IMG/VR virus record: IMGVR_UViG_3300045988_068230
Coordinates: 1-48,682 of that record
DNA length: 48,682 nt
Source: a virus
Reading direction: 5' to 3' (one strand)
Shown here: positions 23,401-32,400 of the stretch, piece after piece
How the letters are laid out: the number at the start of each line of letters is the position of its first letter
Numbering within the stretch: the first letter of the stretch is position 1
The notes under the pieces: generated by a model
Told to the model about the DNA's origin: nothing
The model's database searches: none
Seen by the model: the letters and a program-made list of their open reading frames with translations, nothing else
Program-made: the position numbers and the translations under genes

Positions 23401-24388
23401 GAGTACAGTGTTGCAGGAACAGGAAACATCTGGTGCTACAGCATGGAAAGCATTTGAAGCATTAAGAACCAAAATGGAAGAACTTGGAATTGATACAAGC
23501 GCTATCGTAAAAGCGTTTTCTGAAGATGTTCCAGAAGCTTCAAGTGCTACAAGTACCGCTATAGGAAAAACTTCTGATACAATATCGCAAAAAGCTAAGA
23601 CAGGATTTGGCGCCGTATCGGCAGCTGTAGGAACGTCAATGGAAGCTGTGCAAAAATCCACAGAAGATGCCATGAGTGCAGCCAGCAAATCCGTTACAGA
23701 CAATTCTGAAGATATTGCAACTGCATCAAAAGATAACTGGGAAGATTCTGCAAGCTCTGTATCAACGGCACTAGGTACTATGGACACTGATACCAAAGAC
23801 ATAATGAGTAAGGTTATGACTACTATTCAAAGTTATTGGTCTTCCGTTCTTATCAACACCAATCAGATATGGGAGGCAGTCGCAAAGAAGATCGAGAAAG
23901 AACTTGGAAATGCCCTTACTGCAGCTGAAAGAATCAGCTCTGAGATCATTGGTACCATGAATAATGTGATTTCAAAGGTTAATGGATCTATTGGAAACAT
24001 TAATAATGCATTATCTGGAATTGAAAGGAGCTTTACGTTCACGTACAAATACACGAACCCAATCACAAAAAGGTCGGGTACGTATCGATCATGGTTGAAC
24101 CTTCCAAGCGTAAATACAGTGCCTTATCTGGCAACCGGAGCCGTTATCCCACCACGGAGCGAGTTCCTGGCAGTACTGGGGGATCAGAAGAATGGCAGAA
24201 ACCTGGAGGCACCGGAAAGTTTGCTTAGACAGATTGCCCGGGAAGAATCTGGTGGTAAACAGGGAAACAATATCTACAATATATCCGTATCCGCTTCCGG
24301 AAGGAATCTCCTGGACATCGTTCTGGAAGAAGGGGAGTTGAGGAGAAATCGTAATGGTGGGAGAAACCCGTTTAAACTTGATGAGTAG
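20426..24388 (+). CDS. Tape measure protein
   Basis: About 1320 aa, helical and low-complexity, in the canonical position. AGGAGG lies 7 nt before ATG 20426. Confidence 0.9.
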   Translation: MADGSVVIDTKIDTSGVEKGMEDIEKTLVSIAENVKSISENFEKMINGLTSGSGTANNSVSNLNKNLEKTAESGKKAAKEVKKAFDPKDISRLKIHRWNDESNLVGDTSEISDEERQALHERTKDAIKAAQEEAEAFNAEKEKVNELYESIKKTKEELKSLEKSGKWWGDDEYDEAAIKLQDLTDKVKQYKTVTLFPKEESGEVEKISGSVSRLGQKMEVLAKKLRASGIAGLKKKIRDIGNAISALYRKLAQLAAVAIVAGLKKISSGIFGIHKSANKSTISLKNMLRYAFGIRSLFALLNRLRSAAAEGMQNLAKYDLATGADNINRSISELQSALTQLKNSFATAFAPILTVVSPILVRFINLISQAVTRVGMLIAALTGQKTFTKAIAVQENYAASLDNTADSAKKAAKALQGYLSPIDEINRYDDGSSSDSGIGSGGKYTGPSAGDMFEEVPIESSLKGIADKIKELIKDEDWEGLGAYMADGINKGLQKVYDVISWNNVGPKVTEFITAFTTVFNSLVDHIDWDLMGRTLGTGINTAVNTLNLLIGNGGIDFIQIGSSIAKSLKGAIREINWTSLGQLLGNKFMISWKMLSGFVQEMSKKNDAGITGWTELGKSIGTAMTGMFDVINLTDIADAIVGVINGAFDILAGFDEEFDWDSFQENLKSGIESTINGIEWKKNGEAFGSFLKNLCRTLRKSLTKDTFYEFGEGVGEFLGRLPWGDILLTAADLIIGGLSSAFDGLISGIKENHPLVGSIVDILTKAFLVVKIANISGISDLATLIIGKIAEKIAAEENAKVIGAALEDVVGDGTTEATGSLKNLGDAAEKSGGQFDGFWGKVINIGATAFMYDGFTHLKETMDMKESTSDAFNDFEIVRKALKLLQEQTGISGDKLIGLGGDLSQIRDNSFNFDEQLKKVATTLENAGISTDTFKQALKTAMEESDTSSNTHISNIKEYIGTMGEEFDNAKSALERLAEQGAITPSQFSELSTVLQEQETSGATAWKAFEALRTKMEELGIDTSAIVKAFSEDVPEASSATSTAIGKTSDTISQKAKTGFGAVSAAVGTSMEAVQKSTEDAMSAASKSVTDNSEDIATASKDNWEDSASSVSTALGTMDTDTKDIMSKVMTTIQSYWSSVLINTNQIWEAVAKKIEKELGNALTAAERISSEIIGTMNNVISKVNGSIGNINNALSGIERSFTFTYKYTNPITKRSGTYRSWLNLPSVNTVPYLATGAVIPPRSEFLAVLGDQKNGRNLEAPESLLRQIAREESGGKQGNNIYNISVSASGRNLLDIVLEEGELRRNRNGGRNPFKLDE

Positions 24389-24399
24389 GAGGTGATTTT

Positions 24400-24777
24400 A
24401 CGAAGCAGGAACAGTTTAAAATTGATGGGGTCGCTATAGCGGCTCCTAGCACCTATAAACCTACACTTTCAACCACCAGTACAAAAAGTACGAAGCGAGA
24501 TCAAGCTCTTACCATGCACAATTCTGTTATGGGTACGATTTCTGGGTATGATCTTACTTGGGGAGAGCTTACATGGGAAGAAATTTCGGTTATCCTGAAT
24601 GCTCTTATTGATAAGAAGAGTTTTATGTTCCACCATAAGGATCCACGCATTCCGGGAAAATGGATCGATGCAGAATTCTATTGCTCCAACTATACCATGG
24701 CGGCTCAGTCGCTGAAAGACGGATACGAGAAATGGACAGACTTATCTATTAATATCAGGAGGAAAAGAAAACTGTGA
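24400..24777 (+). CDS. Distal-tail-protein-like small tail protein; canonical start codon missing
   Basis: The frame is open from 24385 and encodes ...FKIDGVAIAAPSTYKP... upstream of the first ATG (24514). AGGAGG (24387-24392) lies 7 nt before ACG 24400. Confidence 0.5.
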   Translation, partial: TKQEQFKIDGVAIAAPSTYKPTLSTTSTKSTKRDQALTMHNSVMGTISGYDLTWGELTWEEISVILNALIDKKSFMFHHKDPRIPGKWIDAEFYCSNYTMAAQSLKDGYEKWTDLSINIRRKRKL

Positions 24778-27700
24778 TAAATGTATCAGATCAGCTCCTG
24801 GAGGAATCGAAGGAAAACCAGGACTACTATGTAACAGCTAATGTCGTCCTGGCGGACGGGACAAAGCTTAAACTGGAAAAAGAGGATTTCTATCTGGATG
24901 GGAACGGAATTGTAGATTCTGCTGATAGCAGCGACTTTCCTGTTGGTGTAGCCATTGAAAAAACAGCATCTATATCCCTTGTAAATGATGAAAACCAGTT
25001 TTCCAGCTATAGTTTTAACCGGGCCGTGTTTGAAATTTACATGAACTTAGAGTTATCTGGTGGGAAAATAGAATCATTTAAAAGAGGTTCCTTTGTGGTA
25101 GCAAAGAAACCGGCGATTGATGATGAGATAACTCTTACATTGTTGGATGGTATGTGTAAAACAGATCGGGATTATGATACCAACATCACATTCCCGTGTA
25201 CAGCTGGAGAACTTCTTCGGGATTCCTGCCAGTCCTGTGGAATTGTTTTGGGGGATGCAGCGTTTCCAAATGACGACTTCCAGATAATGAAAAAGCCAAC
25301 TGGTACCACACACAGGGCTGTGATTGGAATGATTGCGGCTCTGGCTGGTGGGAATGCCAGACTTGATGAAAATGATATGCTGCGGATCGTTACCTACCAA
25401 AAGATTGATAAGGATAACTTTTCCGGTGTTGAGCTGATTGGTGTAGATGATGTCGAGACGGATGTGGATACGATCGTAGTAACTGGTGTGAAATACACGG
25501 CCGATAAGCAGGATTATATATACGGCACAGACGGATACATGATCAACTTAAAAAACAATCAGCTGCTATCCGGTAACGAGCAGGATGGAGTGAACCGGAT
25601 TGGAGAGATCCTTACCGGTTTTGAAATCCTTCCGTTTTCTGCCAGTGCGGTTCCAATGGGATATGTAACTTTTGGTGATGCAGTGAAGTTTGAGGATTAT
25701 CGTGGAAATACGTACTATTCCTATGCAACAGATGTGGACTTTACGTTTGCAGATTCTACAGGATTTTCCTGTCGAGCCAAAAGCGTTGAGAATCAGAATG
25801 CCATGTATCCAAGCGAGAGTCGTGTACTGGTAGAGCAAGCCAAGCGAGAAATTTTGGAGAATATGAGCGCCTATGATGCCAAACTGAAACAGCTGAATGA
25901 TATGGCTGCCAACACTCTGGGGTTTTATTCTACCCAGGAAACCTTGGCTGATGGTTCTGTAATCACTTACCGGCACGATAAGCCGACGCTGGCAGAGTCT
26001 AAGATCATATACAAGACGGGGATTGATGGTTTCTTTTTATCCGTCGATGGTGGAGAAACTTGGAAATCAGGGTTTGATTCCAATGGTGATGCCGTACTGA
26101 ATATCTTGTATGCCATTGGAATCCAGGCCGAGTGGATCAACACCAGGGGGCTCACAGCCAAGGGCAATGATGGGAATATTACCTTCCGGGTGAATGCGGA
26201 TACCGGGGAAGTGGAAATTGATCCAGAACATTTTCGACTGGGATCAAAAAATCTATCAGAAGCACTGGAATCTATAAAAAATATAGCCCTGCAGCTATCC
26301 AACGAATATCAAGGAATCCCTGTAGATCACGATGGAAACTATACTGAGTTTCCGGCCGGAATATCTACTACAGCTACAGTGCTGTACGGATCCAATGATA
26401 TCTCAGCAGATTGCACTTACACCGTATCTCAGTCGGCAGCAGTAACAGGAAACTGGGATGCAGATAAGCGCACCTATACAGTTACAGGATTATCGGCAGA
26501 TACTGGAGAGATAGTGATCCGGGCTACGTATTTATCAACCATGTCAGTGAGTAAGAAATTCACGATTTCCAAGGTGTATGCCGGAGAAAAAGGAGATATC
26601 GGAGAGCCGGGAGAACTGTACTCTATGGAATGCTCCAACTTGATAGTTAAGAAAGAATCCGGTGGATATCTATATCCTTACTGCCTGGAATTCCACGGAT
26701 ACCGGAGCGGATCGCAGAAAAGATTACCATATTCCGGCCGATTTGTGATTGAGGAAACAGCAGACGGAACTACCTGGAACACAGTATACATATCCGCAGA
26801 AGATGAGCAGGAAGTAATCCACAGCCTGTATACAGCTATCGGCACAGAAAGCGGAAAGCTTATTGCTACAGCGGATGGGAATATGCTGGTTACATCCAGG
26901 AATATCACGGAGATAAGAGTATCCCTGTATGCAGCCGGAGGTACCACAGAATTGATCGATAGGCAGACGATTCCAGTAGTGGTAGATATGTCTGCACTTA
27001 CTCATGAGGACATCTTTAATTTGCTTACAGATGATGGTCGTATCAAGGGAATCTACAAGGAGGGGGACCAGCTCTATATCAACGCCACTTACCTTAGATC
27101 CCTGCATGTAACTGGTGATCAGGTAGATGCTAAGAAACTTAAGGTAACAAGTGCGGATGGTACCGTTACGCTGTATATCAGTGATGATGGCGAGGTGGAT
27201 CTGAAAGTCCGGAGCTTTTCACTTGCTGGAAAATCTGTAGGAGATATCGCACAGGCGGCAGTGGACGGGCAGACACAGGAGGATATTTTCAATAAACTCT
27301 CCAAGAACGGTACCATCAAGGGCATTAAGTTGATTAATGGAGAATTGTATTTCTCATTTTCTTATGCATCTGGCGGCACGCTGACGCTCGGCGGTGCCAA
27401 TAATGGTGATGGACTGTTACGTATCATGGACGCCTCCGGAAATCAGATTGGGTATATTGATAATACCGGTGTTAATTTCGGACAGGGATCCTTTTCAGGA
27501 AATGTTACTGCTGGTGATGGTGCTATAGCTGGTTGGAAAATCCGTACAGACTACCTGGAATCAGAGGATGGAGCGATCCGACTGTACAAGAGCGGAAGAA
27601 TTGTTTTTGGCGGAGATTCCGGTGCGACATTATCAGCCAATGGAAAAAATATTGATATTAAAAATGGCCTTGTATTACATACCAAGCGCCCTGATTCCGG

Positions 27701-28118
27701 ATTCTCTGATTTCACAGGAGAATTTCAGCTACTCAATCTCGGAAAAGTTACATCCACGAAAGCTCTGGCTGTTGATTCCAACGGCGTTGTGGGATATATT
27801 GCCAGTTCTTCCAGGAGATATAAGGATCATGTTAGAGAAGCTACGGACCAGGAAGCGCAGAAACTCCTTGACTTGCCTGTGATTTGGTACCAGTACAAGA
27901 AAGGATACTTGAATGCCGGAGATCCGATGGAAGATAAGGCAATGCCCGGATTCTATGCGGAGGATGTGGCAGAAGCTATTCCGGAGCTTGCTATCTATGA
28001 TGGAGAACTGGCGGATGACTGGAATTATCGAACCATGATCCCGATGCTCCTGAAACTTATCCAGAGCCAGGAGAAGCGGATTCGAAAACTTGAAGATCAG
28101 ATAGGAGGCAGATTATGA
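24774..28118 (+). CDS. Tail fibre / tail-associated protein with C-terminal intramolecular-chaperone (peptidase S74) domain
   Basis: 1114 aa, GTG start. The C-terminus SSSRRYKDHV...LPVIWYQYKK...DWNYRTMIPMLLKLIQSQEKRIRKLE is typical of self-cleaving chaperone domains. Confidence 0.8.
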   Translation: MINVSDQLLEESKENQDYYVTANVVLADGTKLKLEKEDFYLDGNGIVDSADSSDFPVGVAIEKTASISLVNDENQFSSYSFNRAVFEIYMNLELSGGKIESFKRGSFVVAKKPAIDDEITLTLLDGMCKTDRDYDTNITFPCTAGELLRDSCQSCGIVLGDAAFPNDDFQIMKKPTGTTHRAVIGMIAALAGGNARLDENDMLRIVTYQKIDKDNFSGVELIGVDDVETDVDTIVVTGVKYTADKQDYIYGTDGYMINLKNNQLLSGNEQDGVNRIGEILTGFEILPFSASAVPMGYVTFGDAVKFEDYRGNTYYSYATDVDFTFADSTGFSCRAKSVENQNAMYPSESRVLVEQAKREILENMSAYDAKLKQLNDMAANTLGFYSTQETLADGSVITYRHDKPTLAESKIIYKTGIDGFFLSVDGGETWKSGFDSNGDAVLNILYAIGIQAEWINTRGLTAKGNDGNITFRVNADTGEVEIDPEHFRLGSKNLSEALESIKNIALQLSNEYQGIPVDHDGNYTEFPAGISTTATVLYGSNDISADCTYTVSQSAAVTGNWDADKRTYTVTGLSADTGEIVIRATYLSTMSVSKKFTISKVYAGEKGDIGEPGELYSMECSNLIVKKESGGYLYPYCLEFHGYRSGSQKRLPYSGRFVIEETADGTTWNTVYISAEDEQEVIHSLYTAIGTESGKLIATADGNMLVTSRNITEIRVSLYAAGGTTELIDRQTIPVVVDMSALTHEDIFNLLTDDGRIKGIYKEGDQLYINATYLRSLHVTGDQVDAKKLKVTSADGTVTLYISDDGEVDLKVRSFSLAGKSVGDIAQAAVDGQTQEDIFNKLSKNGTIKGIKLINGELYFSFSYASGGTLTLGGANNGDGLLRIMDASGNQIGYIDNTGVNFGQGSFSGNVTAGDGAIAGWKIRTDYLESEDGAIRLYKSGRIVFGGDSGATLSANGKNIDIKNGLVLHTKRPDSGFSDFTGEFQLLNLGKVTSTKALAVDSNGVVGYIASSSRRYKDHVREATDQEAQKLLDLPVIWYQYKKGYLNAGDPMEDKAMPGFYAEDVAEAIPELAIYDGELADDWNYRTMIPMLLKLIQSQEKRIRKLEDQIGGRL

Positions 28119-28603
28119 GTACAAACTTACCAATGGTACATGTATCGGATTTGGATAATCACGATACCGTAAGTGATAGTGATTATATCGTATTAGGGCA
28201 GGGGATAGATGCCAAGAAAATCACGGTGGCAGAACTGAAGCAGGCGCTTGGGATTAATACTGAGCAGAAAATTCTTTCGGACTCACCAGCTTATATGAAT
28301 GCATCACAATCCATAACATTGAGGGAAAAAATAAGTGATCAGAAAAATGGAATTGTCTTGGTGTTTTCTGAGTATGGAGATGGGGAGGTAAAAAACGCTC
28401 AAAAATCTTGCTTTTTTGTTCCAAAAACTGCCGTTTCACTTCTATCAGGAATGGGCTTTGTTTTTTCTCTTCGATCACCATTTGATGCATCAGTATACAT
28501 GAACAAATATCTGTATATTACAGATACAACTATAAAAGGTAATGATTTAAATACATTTAACGGAAATCTAAAATATGTGCTGCAATACGTCATCGGTTGT
28601 TGA
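28115..28603 (+). CDS. Hypothetical tail-associated protein
   Basis: SD AGGAGG; coupled to the fibre gene. Confidence 0.6.
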   Translation: MSTNLPMVHVSDLDNHDTVSDSDYIVLGQGIDAKKITVAELKQALGINTEQKILSDSPAYMNASQSITLREKISDQKNGIVLVFSEYGDGEVKNAQKSCFFVPKTAVSLLSGMGFVFSLRSPFDASVYMNKYLYITDTTIKGNDLNTFNGNLKYVLQYVIGC

Positions 28604-28628
28604 TTATTTTGATTAAAGGAGATTATAA

Positions 28629-29645
28629 ATGAGTAAATTACAAAAATTTTTAGAACTTGGAAACTACTATGCAAGCAATAATGGGTACCTGGAAAAGAAA
28701 AGTAATGCCTATCTGGATGATTTTAAAAAGAATGCAGGATATAATAATTACACTAAATTTGCACGTGACGTAAACTCATGGGGGCAGCCAGGATGCCAGG
28801 CACAGCCTTGGTGTGCGGAGTACCAGTTTTGGAAGCTGGTAAAAATCCTTGGAATTACTAAGGCTTTGCAGATTATGGGCGGCGGATTCTACAACTGTGT
28901 ATCTATCACCAATCATGCCAAAGCAAGTGGTATATGGCATAGTTCTCCAAAGGTGGGTGCGCTGGTTATTTTCCGAAAAGGCTCTCATGTTGGGGATGTG
29001 CAGAAAATTGATAGCTCCAGAATTTACACTAACGAGGGAAACACTTCCAGTGTAGCTGGGGTTGTGGCAAATGGTGGAGCAGTCCGCAATAAATCCTATG
29101 CGATCAATGATCCAGCGATTGATGGCTATGTATGGATTGATTGGGAATCCTATGAGGATACCGTAACCTGGAAAAAAACAGGAACCAGAGTGGCAACCGT
29201 GAATGATCTGTACGTCCGTGAGACACCGAACGGCTACATCATGGGATCAATCAACAAGGGGACTGTTGTTGAGGTTGACGGGCGGACAAGCGGTAAATGG
29301 ACACATGTAAAAGTTTCTGGTATTGGCATTGGCTGGATCTGGACTGGATATCTTGCAAAGGAATCGGTTAATAAACCGGTTAGTAAACCAGTTGTAATTT
29401 CAAACAAGCAGGATAAAACACAGGTGCTTTTCAAGGGAAATGTTACCGCCACAGTGCTTAATGTGCGTACCTGGGCAGGAACTGAGTACCCGAACATCAA
29501 AAAATATCCAACTCTTAACCAGGGAAATGAAGTGGAAGTTATGAATTATACTCAGAAAGCCAATGACGGTGGCAAGTGGTATTACATCCGCATTGCTGGA
29601 AAATATTATGGCTTTGTATCTGCAAAATATGTTAAGAAACAGTAA
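28629..29645 (+). CDS. Endolysin: CHAP-type N-terminal domain plus two SH3b-like repeats
   Basis: QPWCAEYQ (Cys) and GSHVGDV...NEGNTSS (His) form a CHAP-like core. Two C-terminal SH3b-like segments (VNDLYVRETPNG..., VLNVRTWAGTEYP...). Confidence 0.85.
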   Translation: MSKLQKFLELGNYYASNNGYLEKKSNAYLDDFKKNAGYNNYTKFARDVNSWGQPGCQAQPWCAEYQFWKLVKILGITKALQIMGGGFYNCVSITNHAKASGIWHSSPKVGALVIFRKGSHVGDVQKIDSSRIYTNEGNTSSVAGVVANGGAVRNKSYAINDPAIDGYVWIDWESYEDTVTWKKTGTRVATVNDLYVRETPNGYIMGSINKGTVVEVDGRTSGKWTHVKVSGIGIGWIWTGYLAKESVNKPVSKPVVISNKQDKTQVLFKGNVTATVLNVRTWAGTEYPNIKKYPTLNQGNEVEVMNYTQKANDGGKWYYIRIAGKYYGFVSAKYVKKQ

Positions 29646-29651
29646 AAAATT

Positions 29652-29687
29652 CCCCCAGGAGTCACAGCCTGGGGGATGCTTTTGTTA
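29652..29687 (+). terminator. Intrinsic terminator after the lysin gene
   Basis: cccccagg / cctggggg stem followed by atgcttttg. Confidence 0.75.
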
Positions 29688-29725
29688 AGAATATTGTATC
29701 TTTTTCGGGTTTTAGATTGATTTAA

Positions 29726-29746
29726 GTAGTCACAAGGTAGTCACAA
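29726..29746 (+). repeat. Tandem GTAGTCACAA x2, 11-bp phasing (candidate integrase arm-type sites)
   Basis: GTAGTCACAA at 29726-29735 and 29737-29746. The same motif pair recurs at 29972-29990. Confidence 0.6.
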
Positions 29747-29971
29747 ATTGATTTATTTTGTGTTTTTCCGAATCCTTGCAAACCATTGATTTTACTTGAT
29801 TTTTTATAAAATATCAGTATTATTTCCTATTAATAAGACATACAATTAAAGTATTAACTTTGAGATAGCGCAAAGCCTTGTAAAATCGTGGAAACACTTG
29901 ATTTTACTTGGTTTGCGGCACTTTTATATTAAGTTTTATTTTGTTTTATTTGTGACTTTTTACGGTTCAAT
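29747..29971. other. Candidate attP region
   Basis: AT-rich non-coding stretch next to int, bracketed by the TAGTCACAA pairs. It contains CCTTG.AAA...TTGATTTTACTTG twice (about 29773-29798 and 29875-29910). Confidence 0.45.
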
Positions 29972-31149
29972 TAGTCACAAGTAGTCACAAATGGAACTTT
30001 TATCTTTTCGATTTCAGTCCGCAATTCTTCCAATGTTCTGTGCCCGTATACGGCGTTAGTAACGTCTCCAGCAAATGAATGTCCTAACATCCTTTTTCGG
30101 TCGTTCTCCCGGACACCGTACCGCTCACACAGCATTGAAAATGTGTGTCTGCAATCGTGAGGGGTATGTTTTGGGTTTCCGACTATATTAAGCCTTTCCA
30201 GTGTAGGGTAGAAGAATTTGTCCCGGTGGTACTTCTGGGTGTACATCAGCAGCTTGCCTTGTGATTCCATTTTTGATCGAACAAAATCATACACGACCGG
30301 ATGGATGGGGACAATCCTGTCTTTTCCTGCTTTTGTCTTGGATCCGCCCTGGTAAGACTTTTGCTTAAGATTGACTACCAAATTGGCAACCTCTCCGATT
30401 CTCCATCCAGAGTAACACATGATAAGGATCAGCTGCACTTCTGGATCTTCTGTATTATCCCACAGGATCTGAAGCTCTCGATCAGAAAATGGAGTTCCAT
30501 GCTCGGTATCATCCGGTGTGTTGATCCGAACGTGCAGAGCTTTATTTTCCGTTACAATCTCTGCATAGATCGCATATTTGTACATCTGTTTAAAAAGCGT
30601 CAGAATGCCCGTTAAACTCTCTTTTTTAAGCGGACAATCATCAATAACCTTTTGCAGGTCAGGAGCCTTTAAATCCTCAAATACGCAGTTATAGAGAGAT
30701 TTACTGTTAACGTATGCAGAGTGGTAGGATTGCCTCGAACTTTTTGAAAGGGTGCTTCCATCTGGAAATTTCCATTCCATAAACTGCTCATATACCTCTG
30801 AGAACGTCAATTTCTTGATTTCCGGGTGTTTATCCTCTACGCCCTTAATTGTATTGTAGTCTGCAATTATGCGGCTTAAAATGGTATCTGCGTCCATTGT
30901 GGGGGCAATCTCTAATTCTCGCTCCATTCCAGGTTGATACGTTCCGGCTTTGTAAGCTGTGAGGACTGCAAAGCCCTTTACATAGTCGTCCACGTAGCAG
31001 ATTGCAGGTGGACGGACAGTTTTGCCAAGCTCATCGACTGTTGCTGGTGGATGTACGGCATAGCAGTTCCTCCTGCCGGATCCTAAATATCTGATTGTGC
31101 CGAAACCTGCTGGTAGATTGGGGTATTTCTTTCTTTTCTTCTTCGCCAT
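29971..31149 (-). CDS. int: Tyrosine integrase
   Basis: SD AAGGAA before ATG 31149 (the longer ORF to 31305 has no support). Catalytic signatures WRIGE, HDCRHTF, LGH and Y in AVYGHRT. Confidence 0.9.
   Translation of the reverse strand: MAKKKRKKYPNLPAGFGTIRYLGSGRRNCYAVHPPATVDELGKTVRPPAICYVDDYVKGFAVLTAYKAGTYQPGMERELEIAPTMDADTILSRIIADYNTIKGVEDKHPEIKKLTFSEVYEQFMEWKFPDGSTLSKSSRQSYHSAYVNSKSLYNCVFEDLKAPDLQKVIDDCPLKKESLTGILTLFKQMYKYAIYAEIVTENKALHVRINTPDDTEHGTPFSDRELQILWDNTEDPEVQLILIMCYSGWRIGEVANLVVNLKQKSYQGGSKTKAGKDRIVPIHPVVYDFVRSKMESQGKLLMYTQKYHRDKFFYPTLERLNIVGNPKHTPHDCRHTFSMLCERYGVRENDRKRMLGHSFAGDVTNAVYGHRTLEELRTEIEKIKVPFVTTCD
29972..29990 (+). repeat. Tandem (G)TAGTCACAA x2 overlapping the 3' end of int
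   Basis: TAGTCACAA at 29972-29980 and GTAGTCACAA at 29981-29990, in the same orientation as the pair at 29726-29746. Confidence 0.6.
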
Positions 31150-31321
31150 TTCTATTCCTTCTTCCTTGAGTGATAAAGTGTAGGTATAAAAATAACAGTC
31201 GAACAAATTTTCTGACTTGCCGACCGTCCCCGAAGATGATACAATATTCTTCGTCAAAAGATAATATCTCTTCAGAGGTATTCGTCGTCCCGGTGTTGGT
31301 AGCACTGGGGCGGTTTTTTAT

Positions 31322-32221
31322 TCACATATTTGCATTTTGAATTAATTTTTCTAATGCATCTCTGTCCCACAGAAAGACCTGCGTTTTTTCCGCTAATTCC
31401 TTAGCTGATTGAGTGAAATACCTGTTAGTCAATACAACGCCAACATGACATCCGTAATATGATTTACCTGCAAAAACTTCCTGTACAGCTTTGTTTCCAA
31501 CATCAGAAGAATAACGTTTGCATTGAACCGCATACTTAACTCCAAGTTTTTCCGCCAAAACATCAATTCCCTGATCGTTGCTTTCTTGTGTTACGTACAC
31601 ATTGGAAAAACCATTCGCCGCAAGAAGTTCGGCGCAAAATTTTTCAAAATCGTGTCCTTCCATGTAATCATATTTTCCATTGTATAATTGCACTCTATCA
31701 GATTTCGGAAGCGTCGATGATTCTTTATTTGATTGTGGTTCTATAATATTTGTTGTATTCAAAAATCGTTGAAAACTATCCATTGACATTAGAGACTTTC
31801 TCTTCTTCTCTCTATTTTCAGCACCAACGACACCAGTAATGTAAAGCTGCTCCATAATTCGATCTGCTCTATTAAATCCTATCTTGAAGAGGACTTGTAA
31901 TTTTCCAACAGTAATCTCTCCTTTCTGTATGGCAAAAATAGCTGCCTCAACAAAATGTGGATCAACTTCATAAGTTTTTCTTTCTGGATTTGGTTGAAAA
32001 GTATTATTTTTATATGTTTCCTCTATTTCTTTTGCTAATTGGATTGAGCGTTTTTTCTTTCTTTGCTTGTAAAATATGTATATCACAATTATTGCGATAA
32101 TAATCCCTAAAGTTATACATATTTTTTCATAATTTTCCTTTATCCAGTCCTCTATTGCACATAACACGGCAAACAATAGGAGTAGTGCGCCACATCCACC
32201 AGAATCTTTTTGCTTAGCCAT
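31322..32221 (-). CDS. Membrane-anchored protein with FtsK-gamma-like winged helix and C-terminal Mrr-cat restriction-endonuclease domain
   Basis: Two N-terminal TM segments. GEITVGKLQVLFKIGFNRADRIMEQLYITGVVG resembles the FtsK gamma domain. GHDFEKFCAELL...GIDVLAEK...YAVQCKRY is the Mrr-cat D...QxK core. Confidence 0.7.
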   Translation of the reverse strand: MAKQKDSGGCGALLLLFAVLCAIEDWIKENYEKICITLGIIIAIIVIYIFYKQRKKKRSIQLAKEIEETYKNNTFQPNPERKTYEVDPHFVEAAIFAIQKGEITVGKLQVLFKIGFNRADRIMEQLYITGVVGAENREKKRKSLMSMDSFQRFLNTTNIIEPQSNKESSTLPKSDRVQLYNGKYDYMEGHDFEKFCAELLAANGFSNVYVTQESNDQGIDVLAEKLGVKYAVQCKRYSSDVGNKAVQEVFAGKSYYGCHVGVVLTNRYFTQSAKELAEKTQVFLWDRDALEKLIQNANM

Positions 32222-32325
32222 TATTTAATTCCTCCCTGTTGTTTAAAAACAATTGTACCACAGCACAAAACAAAATAAAACATAATAATTTATAACAACT
32301 TGACAGATTTCGACAAAAATAATAC

Positions 32326-32379
32326 TTGACTTCTAAATGACTTCATGCTATATTGAACATAAGAAGTCAATACGACTTC
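32326..32379 (+). promoter_or_regulatory. Promoter plus GACTTC operator-like repeats upstream of the RHH gene
   Basis: TTGACT (32326-32331), 17 nt, TATATT (32349-32354). GACTTC at 32328, 32339 and 32374; inverted GAAGTC at 32363. Confidence 0.5.
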
Positions 32380-32400
32380 ACAAAAGGAAAGGAGAAACCA

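Noticed and set aside
24360-24400. Programmed -1 frameshift fusing the tape measure protein to the Dit-like ORF
   Set aside because: The Dit-like frame has a TGA at 24382-24384, so a shift would have to occur within about 3 nt of the tape measure stop codon. TTTAAAC at 24371-24377 is in the wrong register (TTT AAA C) for an X XXY YYZ slip.
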